64,000 nt of DNA from Cenarchaeum sp. (GTDB lineage: Archaea; Thermoproteota; Nitrososphaeria; Nitrososphaerales; Nitrosopumilaceae). The DNA lies in NCBI GenBank assembly GCA_965242695.1, contig CBDESU010000002.1, positions 544,001 to 608,000 of the forward strand. The letters are read 5' to 3'. The translations under genes were made by a program, and so were the position numbers. Each line of letters opens with the position of its first letter. The stretch's first letter is position 1. The notes beneath the pieces are model-generated. The model worked only from the letters and a program-made list of their open reading frames with translations, did not search any database and was not told the origin of the DNA. Shown here piece after piece: positions 20,251 to 27,962 of the stretch.

Positions 20251-20907
20251 TCACGTGTACGCGCCCCTCCCTGCGATCCGGTTCCACATCTCCCTGTGCT
20301 CGCGCGTCACCGCCCCGTCCTCACCGAGCAGCCCCACGTAGTCTTCGACAAACCCGTCGGCGGACACTAGCAAGCGCAGGTAGTACTTTAGGCACGGCGC
20401 CATGCCGTTGGCGATGATCTGGCAGTCGTGCCTCCTGCTGGCCTTCAGTATTTCATCGGTGACCGCTACGGCATCGTACCTTTTGCTGGTGCTGAGTATG
20501 TAGTACCGCTCTAGGCGTTGCTCGGACCTAAATCTGTCAAAGGCGCTGCGCACCATCCTGGGCGTTATCGGCAGGTTGTGCCTGACCTTGACGGCCTCGC
20601 AGACGTGACCGTCCCTGCCGAAGACCTCCACGTCGCCCAGGTGCCGGGTTCGGCTGCCCGCCGCCGCGTGGGGCCTCAGCGGCCCCAGGCGGCAGCCCCT
20701 GTACCTCTTGACCTCCCGGACCAGCTGCCGGTACGCCGCGTGCACGGCCAGCACCGGCAGCCGCGCGGCCCCGCGCCCGGAGGAGTAGCCTGCGGCAAAG
20801 TGATCATCGAGCATGTCCGCCGCCGCCTCCGACGTCAGGCCGCGCGGCATCGCCAGCTGGGCCCCCGCGCCGGGCCGCCCTCTCCCGGTCGCGCGCTGCG
20901 CCCGCAT
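20251..20907 (-). CDS. C-terminal part of a type II (SacI-like) restriction endonuclease with degenerate catalytic motif
   Basis: GAARLPVLAVHAAY…GDVEV…EAVKVRH…RYYILST…CQIIANG. The expected E-x-K reads K-x-R. Confidence 0.6.
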   Translation of the reverse strand: MRAQRATGRGRPGAGAQLAMPRGLTSEAAADMLDDHFAAGYSSGRGAARLPVLAVHAAYRQLVREVKRYRGCRLGPLRPHAAAGSRTRHLGDVEVFGRDGHVCEAVKVRHNLPITPRMVRSAFDRFRSEQRLERYYILSTSKRYDAVAVTDEILKASRRHDCQIIANGMAPCLKYYLRLLVSADGFVEDYVGLLGEDGAVTREHREMWNRIAGRGAYT

Positions 20908-21254
20908 CGTTGTGCGATCAGCCAAGCGGCGGGGCCGCGGCCGCCATCGATTTAGGCCTTCTGGGCGGCAGGCCCTTCGCGCCAGCGGGCCGGCGAACGG
21001 CTGCACGCGGGGCCGCTTTGCCCGCGCCGCCGCCGCCCGGCTGCCAGATCGGCGGTCGCCACGCCCGACCGGGCGCCTTGCCCCCGGCTAGCGCAGCGGG
21101 AGTAGGCGGGGCACGTCGATGGCGAGGATGCCCCGTGCGATTCCCATTCCCCGCGGCGGGCGGAAGCCTTGGTCTGGCCCACGACCATATCGTCGATCTC
21201 GAGGAGGGGAGAGCAGGCCGCACAAGAGGCCGCCGGCTCCCCTGCTGCCGCTGT

Positions 21255-21806
21255 TCACGCCATCTCAATCTCCTTCGCCTCATAGGAGCCGTCGCCGCCG
21301 CGCAGCCGAAGCGTGCAGAACGTCCGTATGCCGTTGTACTTGAGGCAGACTACGAGCTCGGAGCGGGCCGCCCTGGACGAGAGGAGCGGCGGCCGCCAGC
21401 GCACCCTCTTGACGACGGCGGTGCGGTGCCTTGCGAGCAGGTCGCGCACCGACACGCCGTCCCCATAGTAGTGCCTGGCGCAGATCTCCGCGTTCCTGCG
21501 CACCCGCAGGCCGGGCAGGATCGCCGCCATGTCCGCGTCCGCCGGCACAAAGGACATCTCGCAGCCGTGGCAGCCGAGGTGCGCCCTTCCCCCACGGCCC
21601 GCCGAGAGTCGCAGGGTGGACGAGCGCACGCGGATGTACAGGACGGGGAGGTGGTCCCTCCACGGCCATCGGGGGAAGACGACTCCGCCGCAAAACGGGC
21701 AGGGTGCGGCGTCCCATCCGTGGGCCGGCGCGCCGTGGCACTTTTCGTCCGCAGGCGGCGCGCGGCGCGGGCCCGCAGTCATCCGCAGCCGTGCCCCCTC
21801 GCCCAC
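21255..21806 (-). CDS. Hypothetical protein with two CxxC motifs
   Basis: CPFC and CHGC. Overlaps the upstream gene end. Confidence 0.4.
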   Translation of the reverse strand: MGEGARLRMTAGPRRAPPADEKCHGAPAHGWDAAPCPFCGGVVFPRWPWRDHLPVLYIRVRSSTLRLSAGRGGRAHLGCHGCEMSFVPADADMAAILPGLRVRRNAEICARHYYGDGVSVRDLLARHRTAVVKRVRWRPPLLSSRAARSELVVCLKYNGIRTFCTLRLRGGDGSYEAKEIEMA

Positions 21807-22738
21807 GCCTCCGCCGCGTACTCGCTGTCCCCGCAGTCGTCAAGGTTTAGCGCCGCCAGCCCCAAGTCCAGAACCTGCTCGTTCACCGGCTCGCCTTCGC
21901 AGTACAGCTTGCCCGCCAGCCGATCTTCCCCGCCGCCCCCGAGCCCGGCGTCCTCGTCAAAGAGCGCGTACGATCCTACCGGGCAGAACGCCTCCAGCAC
22001 TCCCAGATAGTCGCGGTGCAGCCTTTCGCCGGCCCTTGGCGGCTCGACCAGCGACAGCAGAACCCCCTTCCGCACGTTCGCCTCCACATCCAGGACGGTG
22101 ATGTTGCCGCCCGCATTGCCCGCGACGAACCCCGCAAAGCACCCTCCGCCGCCGCTGCACAGCTCGGGCCGGTGCTTGACGGCCCTGTCCAGCGCTATCC
22201 TCGTCTCTTCCTCGCTCCAGTCCGCCTTGATCACCAGCACGTACTCGGAGGCGGGCGGGTCGACCAGGTACTGCAGCCGCACCGGCATGGTCTGGCCCTT
22301 GGGCAGCCCCCCGAGCCCTATGCTGAAGTCGAACGCGGCCGACGGGTCAAAGCCCGACGATGCCGCCCGCCGCCCGCCGCCGTCATCCTCCAGCTCGAAC
22401 CTGCCCTTCAGGTCGTAGTACTCCTCGGAGCTGAGGTTGGTGACCGATGCGTCCACCGTCACCACGTACTTGCCCGCCTCCCTGCTCTCGGCGCACGTGC
22501 CCAGAAAGCAGGTCTGCGGCGCCCGGGAGTCGAGCTGGATACTGGCGTCGGTCACCTTGACGGCTATGGCCGCGTCCGCCGTTGTCCGGTGCGTGACGAC
22601 ATCGCCCATGCCGTGCAGGCCGGCGGCGCCGCCGCCGCCGCCATCCTCCGCGCTGTTCGCCAGCAGCACCGCGGCCGCGATCGCGCCGATGACGGCCACC
22701 CATGCGCCGATTCCAGCGTAGACGTAGATTTTTTTCAT
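21779..22738 (-). CDS. Membrane-anchored protein with a DUF4352-like beta domain and a degenerate thermonuclease (SNase)-like domain
   Basis: N-terminal TM helix. CSGGGGCFAGFV…FCPVGSYALFDED…LYCEGEPVNEQVL…WARGHGC matches the thaumarchaeal SNase pattern, but DGDT is absent. Confidence 0.72.
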   Translation of the reverse strand: MKKIYVYAGIGAWVAVIGAIAAAVLLANSAEDGGGGGAAGLHGMGDVVTHRTTADAAIAVKVTDASIQLDSRAPQTCFLGTCAESREAGKYVVTVDASVTNLSSEEYYDLKGRFELEDDGGGRRAASSGFDPSAAFDFSIGLGGLPKGQTMPVRLQYLVDPPASEYVLVIKADWSEEETRIALDRAVKHRPELCSGGGGCFAGFVAGNAGGNITVLDVEANVRKGVLLSLVEPPRAGERLHRDYLGVLEAFCPVGSYALFDEDAGLGGGGEDRLAGKLYCEGEPVNEQVLDLGLAALNLDDCGDSEYAAEAWARGHGCG

Positions 22739-22750
22739 GCCAATCCAAAC

Positions 22751-23281
22751 CTAGAAGCCGACCTTCGACATGCGCGCGCTCTCGAGCGCCGCAAAGAGCC
22801 TGTCCATTTCCTTTGTGCGTATTTCCAGCTTGATGTCGTACCTCTGCCCCGCCACGTCCTTTTCAAAGTTTACGAGCACGGACTTGTTCAGGGTGCCGAT
22901 CTTTGCAAGGCTCAGTATCTTGTCGAACTGGTACTCGTTTCCCGCGCAGTAGACCGCCTTGTGCGTCACGACCAGCCTGCCCTTGGCCTTTGCCTTCTGC
23001 GTCTTGTCGCGCCCGAACACCGCGTAGCCCACGGGGCCGCCCGCAAGCCAGCTGGCGATTTTTCGCCCCGCCCCCCGGTGCTCGATCTTCTTGATTATCA
23101 GCTCGCCGTCGCTGTCAAAGTAGATTTTCTCCTTGACCTCTGGCCTTTCCGCGGTCATGGGACTTCCCGTGCTGTCCTCGATCGCATGGGGCGGCGCGGG
23201 CGGCGTCGTCGTCGGGGACCCGCACGAGGGGCAGAACTTGTGCGCCTCGTCAACCTTGCTGCCGCAGTTCACGCAGTACAT
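22751..23281 (-). CDS. Zinc-ribbon domain protein with PH/GRAM-like C-terminus
   Basis: MYCVNCG…KFCPSCG, WLAGGPVGY, KGRLVVT. TATA-like box at 23309-23316. Confidence 0.85.
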   Translation of the reverse strand: MYCVNCGSKVDEAHKFCPSCGSPTTTPPAPPHAIEDSTGSPMTAERPEVKEKIYFDSDGELIIKKIEHRGAGRKIASWLAGGPVGYAVFGRDKTQKAKAKGRLVVTHKAVYCAGNEYQFDKILSLAKIGTLNKSVLVNFEKDVAGQRYDIKLEIRTKEMDRLFAALESARMSKVGF

Positions 23282-23537
23282 GCCGCAGCCGGGCGTGCCG
23301 CCCGCTTGTATATAAGCAACAGGGTCGCCAAGGGCGCGTCCCAAATCAGATTTGTGGCCATGGCGACGCATGGACAAATTGAGCGCCTGTGGGGAGGCCA
23401 CGCATCTCTGTCCGTCCTGCCAGGAAGCCGGCCGCTGGCGGCGCTGGCCGTCGCCCGGCCGCTCACGGACTCGGAGGGGCCCGCGGCCCCCGCCAAACCA
23501 TACTTATGCCGCCCCGCGGCCCTGGCGCCGAGAAGCC

Positions 23538-24041
23538 ATGGCAGGCCCGCTGTTCCCGATGATGGTCGCCGACTACTTCATAGCCCGCACGGGCGGCGGG
23601 CTGACCCCGCTGCAGGTGATCAAGCTGACGTACATAGCGCACGGCTACTCCCTTGCGCTCCTTGACGAGGCCCTGATCAAAGAGGACGTGGAGTCGTGGA
23701 AGTACGGCCCCGTGGTCCCCTCGGTGCACCACGCCGTGAAAAAGTACGGCGGAAGAAGGATTACCGAGCTGCTGTACTCTGGAATCCCGACGAGCGACGA
23801 AGGGGGCGTAAGGGACGCAGTCGCCTTCATCTCGGGGAACATGTCGGGCGAGCAGAAGGAGGTGCTCGACGGGGTGCTCGGCGCGTACGGAAAGCTCTCG
23901 GGCTTTGAGCTGACGGACAGGACGCACATCCGGGAGTCGCGATGGAGGCGGCTCTGCCGGCGGCACTCGTACGGGGAAAGGATCCCAAACAGCCTCATAA
24001 AGTCGATCTACAAAAAGGCAGTCGACGGCGGCGGCGCGTGA
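23538..24041 (+). CDS. Canonical SocA/Panacea (DUF4065) antitoxin-like protein, no toxin adjacent
   Basis: VADYFI…LTPLQVIKLTYIAHG…ESWKYGPVV…YGKLSGFEL…TH…W…I. Confidence 0.88.
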   Translation: MAGPLFPMMVADYFIARTGGGLTPLQVIKLTYIAHGYSLALLDEALIKEDVESWKYGPVVPSVHHAVKKYGGRRITELLYSGIPTSDEGGVRDAVAFISGNMSGEQKEVLDGVLGAYGKLSGFELTDRTHIRESRWRRLCRRHSYGERIPNSLIKSIYKKAVDGGGA

Positions 24042-24147
24042 CTGCGGAGGCGCAAAAGGGGCGCGGGGCTACGCACTCTTCGCGGCCCAGGCGAGCCGCA
24101 GGCCGGGCGCCCCTCTCTCCCCCCCCCCTCGCACCGCCGCGCGCATC

Positions 24148-25905
24148 TCATGGCCATGTCCCAAGCGGGCCCTCGCCGTCCGCGATCCTGGCGACGACCC
24201 GGGAGTCAAAGTCAAAGCCGCCGTCAAACTCGCCGTAGGGCACCGCATCCGAGCCGATCGCGCAGATGTACTGCACGCCGAGCCTCCCCGACTCCTCGGC
24301 GGCGGCCTGCAGCGCCCGCGCAGCCTGCCGCCCGCCGGCGCCGTCGAACATCTCGCTGTCGTGCGCCAAGAGGCCGGGCGACTCGGGCCTGCCGGCCCAC
24401 AGCGAGGCGAGCGCGAGGTCGTAGCAGAGCACCTTCATCTTGGCGGCCCCCCTGGCGCCGCCGGCGTTCCCGCCCCCTATCTTGGCGCCGAGCTTGTATC
24501 CGCCCTCCGCTACCCCTATCGACAGCCTGCCCGGGGCGCCAAATACCATCCTTGAGCACCTGTCGAACGCGAGCATCGCCTTGCGCCTCTGGCTCTCGGA
24601 GGCCTCGTAGCCGGACTCGGCCCGCTCCCGCAGGCGCGCCATCCTTTCGCCCAGGGCGGCGCCCTTCCTGCCGATCTCCCCGAGCGCCTCGAGCCGCGCC
24701 GATGCATCCGCCTTTTTCTCCGCCGTCTGCTGGTGCCTCGCCTGCATCTCGACGAGCTCCTCGACGGCGCCGTGCGCCTCGAGGACCCCCATGATCTCCG
24801 CCCTCTTCCTGCCCAGCTCGCCTATCCGCAGGCCCTTTTCGCGCACCTCCGCCTCGAGCCTGCCCATCTCCGGCCCGAGAAGCTCGCGCCGCCCCTCCAC
24901 TATCGACTCGTGGAACCGCCTTGCCTCGTCGAGCCTGCGCCGGACCGACCCGGGGAACAGCACGCCGGCCTCCTCGTAGATCGCAAGGACGCTGCCGGCC
25001 GGCGGCTTGGGCTCCCGCTCCGTGCTCCGCCTGTACCCCTCCAGCATCCTGGCCTTCACCGACCTTGCGTTGACCAGCTCGTGCATCGCGCCGGTGAGGC
25101 CGTCGGCCTCTTCCTCGAGCTTGGCGTACCTCTCGTGCACGCTGAACGACCTGATCGCATCTTCCTCCCCCTTTGACGCTTCCTCGAGCGCGGCCAGGGC
25201 CGCCTCCAGCTCGCCGGCGCTGCCGATCACGCCGGCCAGGATTCCGCCCGTCGCCTCCCTCTTGAGCGCCGCCAGGCGCGTTCCGTAGTCGATCGCATCG
25301 GCGCGCTCCGCGGCCAGCTCCCAGTCCAGCCCGAGCAGGTACGCATTGTTGACCTGGACGTCCGATGCGGGCTGCATCCGGCGGCTCGAAAAGGGCGAGG
25401 CGTACGCGCCGCGCCCGCCTCCCCGCCTCATTACATACGGGGCGAGGCTCCTGAACGTCGGGCGGCGCCCATTCCCCTTTGGATCCGCCCCCGGATCAAG
25501 CCCGAACATGATCCGCCCCAGCGTGCGCCTGTACTTGTCGACCCCGATCGGGGCCGCCCCCGAGAGCGGCTCGGCCGCCGGCGCGCCGCCTTTTGGCCAC
25601 AGCCCCGCGGCGGGCTTTACCCATACCATGCCCGGCGAGTCGACTGACCTGCCGACGGTGAACGGCCTTCCCCCGTGCTCGGCGTCGAGCAGGAACGTCC
25701 GGCCGCCGAGCCGCGGGTCCCTGAGCGGCCCCGTCCTCTGGCCTCCCAGGCAGTAGTCGAGTATTGCAAGCAGCGGCGACCCGCCGCGGCCCCCTCCGGC
25801 GCCCCCCTCTGCGGCCCGCCTCTCGCAGAGTATGACGTTGGCTCCGGGCTTGAAGCGCACGGGCCTGGACGACTCCAGGTCGGACCCTAGTCCGCGTATG
25901 ATCAC
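24148..25905 (-). CDS. DUF2326-type SMC-like ABC ATPase (ABC three-component/Lamassu LmuB-like) with degenerate Walker A
   Basis: VRFKPGANVIL, GRGGS in place of GxGKS, PTFRSL..Y..R, YLLGLDW, coiled coil, KMKVLCYDL, LAHDSEMFDG. Confidence 0.85.
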   Translation of the reverse strand: MIIRGLGSDLESSRPVRFKPGANVILCERRAAEGGAGGGRGGSPLLAILDYCLGGQRTGPLRDPRLGGRTFLLDAEHGGRPFTVGRSVDSPGMVWVKPAAGLWPKGGAPAAEPLSGAAPIGVDKYRRTLGRIMFGLDPGADPKGNGRRPTFRSLAPYVMRRGGGRGAYASPFSSRRMQPASDVQVNNAYLLGLDWELAAERADAIDYGTRLAALKREATGGILAGVIGSAGELEAALAALEEASKGEEDAIRSFSVHERYAKLEEEADGLTGAMHELVNARSVKARMLEGYRRSTEREPKPPAGSVLAIYEEAGVLFPGSVRRRLDEARRFHESIVEGRRELLGPEMGRLEAEVREKGLRIGELGRKRAEIMGVLEAHGAVEELVEMQARHQQTAEKKADASARLEALGEIGRKGAALGERMARLRERAESGYEASESQRRKAMLAFDRCSRMVFGAPGRLSIGVAEGGYKLGAKIGGGNAGGARGAAKMKVLCYDLALASLWAGRPESPGLLAHDSEMFDGAGGRQAARALQAAAEESGRLGVQYICAIGSDAVPYGEFDGGFDFDSRVVARIADGEGPLGTWP

Positions 25906-26156
25906 CGCGCCTGCGCCCCCGTCCCGCCGCGCCTGCGCTCCCTCACTATGCGGCCCCCGCTGAGCCGCACCGCCCCGAGTATGAACAGCAGGTCCAGCCC
26001 GTCGACGAACCGGCCAAACGTCCTGATCTCGCGCCTGTCCTTGGCCCTGTCCCAGAGCTCGGACACCGTATAGTCCGAGTCCATCGTCTCGAGCAGCGCG
26101 GCGCCTACGCCGAGCAGCGACTCTGACAGGCGCACGTGCATGTCCGGGAGTATCAT
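25902..26156 (-). CDS. ABC three-component middle component (LmuC-like)
   Basis: MILP…SLLGVGA.LL…TVSELW…TF.RFV.GLDLLF.LG. GTGA overlap with the ATPase. Confidence 0.85.
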   Translation of the reverse strand: MILPDMHVRLSESLLGVGAALLETMDSDYTVSELWDRAKDRREIRTFGRFVDGLDLLFILGAVRLSGGRIVRERRRGGTGAQAR

Positions 26157-26681
26157 TGCGGCTCGAGCACCCCGCAGGCCCCGAAAAGGCGCGCCGGGAC
26201 GGCCGGCGCCGCCGCGGATCTCCCCGTGCCGGCGCCCGCAATCCCCCGCATGGTGGGCAGATGGTCCCCGCCCGGCATTGCCGCATCGCGCCCGGCCGTT
26301 CCCGGGTCGTGGCCCGCACTGCGGGGCATCTCGCCTGCCAGCGCAGCCGGATCGCCGCCCGATCCACCCGGCGCCGGGGGCGCGCGGCTGGCCGGCGTTG
26401 CGCGGCGGTCCCCGCGCCTGTCAAGCGCCGCATTGGGCGCGCGGATGGCCGGCCTCCTGCCCATGCGCCGCCCCGCGATCTGCGGGTTATAACTCGTGAC
26501 GCGCCCCCGCCGCCGCCTGAATTGCTCCATTATAGCCGCAGGCGCAGGCTCTCGGCCTCCTTTTTGACGCATCGGCGCCCAATCGACGCATGCGGAATGG
26601 CCGGGAGCCTGTGCCCGGGACAATGCGCCGGCGGGGCGCGGCGCCGATGCATGCGGGGGTCGGCGGCGCGGGCGCCCGGGA

Positions 26682-27962
26682 CTAGGCCTTCCTCATCTCG
26701 AGGACGACCTCGCGCCTCATGCGGCCGCCGAGCCTCGCCTCGGCGCGCGCCGACGGGGGCGGCAGGTACCTGCTGGACTGCGGCAGGCTGCGCGAGCGCC
26801 TGGACACCACCTCGAGGCCCGCATCCGCGGCGAGCAGCCCGATCATCCTCGAGTTGCGTATGAACGCGCCGCGCACCGTGTTCTCGCCTACCACGTACGC
26901 GGCCGTTCCGCCCCTGTCGAGCACCCTGGCCGTCTCTTCCACGACAAGCCTCATGTCATGCACGTACCGCGCCAGGATCGCCCTCGTCCTGCCTTGAAGC
27001 GCGCGCCGCGCAAGCCCGAGGGCCGAGATGATCCTGTCCTCAGGGGAAGGGCATGCGCCCCCGTCGCATCCGCCGCCGCCGCCGTACATGCCGACCTCGG
27101 TGCCGATCGCCTCTGACCGTATCCCGCGCAGCCGCCCTATCGTGTAGCCCATCCAGACGAGCGAGAACTTGCTGCACCGCATGTAGTCGATCGCGTTGAG
27201 GTACGGAGGCGAGGTGATCACCATGTCGGCCGAGCCGGCGCGCACGTCCATGCGCCGCGCATCGCCGAGGCGCACGTCGGCCGCCGCGGCGGCGCCGCGC
27301 CCCGCTTCCTCCGCGCCGATGCAGCCGGCTGCCACCCTCGCGGCGGCCGACTCGAACCTCGCGAACGGCAGGGCCGGGGCCTTTTCAAACCTCTTGTGCG
27401 GCCTGCTGTGGGCAAGGTCCATCGCAAGCGAGGCGCCCGCCTGCTTTGCTATTATGAGGCGCGAAAAGGCGCACCACAGCGCGTCCCTGGCCGCGCCGCC
27501 CCGCACGGGGCGTATCGCCGCAGCAAGCGAGGCCAGCTGCCTCCTTGCGGCCGGGTCGAACCAGTACCGCGCAAACCGCCGCGTCTCCTCGTCCGATCCC
27601 CGCGGGTACGAGTCGGCGGCCCTCATGTCCCTGCACCTGCCACGGGCCGCATCGAGCACGGCCGAGGCGCGCCGGAGCAGGGCCCTTTTGTCGATCGGCG
27701 CTGTCCACACCCTGGCCATCAGCACGGCCAGCGGGTCGGTGTCCATGCCGACGGCGTCGTGGCCGCTGTCGCGCGCGACGGCAAGGACGGTCCCCGAGCC
27801 GGCCATCGGGTCGACCACGCGCAGCCGCCTGCCCCCGCCGGCCCTGTTCATCAGGGACAGGACCAGATCCGGCGTCATCCGGGCCGGAAACGGGTGGACG
27901 GGCGGGCGGGGGCCAGGGCGGGGGGCCGCCGGCGCCGCGGCGCCCTTACGCGCCGGCGCCAT
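26682..27962 (-). CDS. N4/N6 DNA methyltransferase (alpha order)
   Basis: VHPFPARM, DPMAGSGT, GDARR…VITSPPYLNAIDY. Confidence 0.9.
   Translation of the reverse strand: MAPARKGAAAPAAPRPGPRPPVHPFPARMTPDLVLSLMNRAGGGRRLRVVDPMAGSGTVLAVARDSGHDAVGMDTDPLAVLMARVWTAPIDKRALLRRASAVLDAARGRCRDMRAADSYPRGSDEETRRFARYWFDPAARRQLASLAAAIRPVRGGAARDALWCAFSRLIIAKQAGASLAMDLAHSRPHKRFEKAPALPFARFESAAARVAAGCIGAEEAGRGAAAAADVRLGDARRMDVRAGSADMVITSPPYLNAIDYMRCSKFSLVWMGYTIGRLRGIRSEAIGTEVGMYGGGGGCDGGACPSPEDRIISALGLARRALQGRTRAILARYVHDMRLVVEETARVLDRGGTAAYVVGENTVRGAFIRNSRMIGLLAADAGLEVVSRRSRSLPQSSRYLPPPSARAEARLGGRMRREVVLEMRKA

Noticed and set aside
26153-26623. ORF in the Lamassu effector position
   Set aside because: Low-complexity sequence with no effector or CTD motifs. 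At most a remnant.
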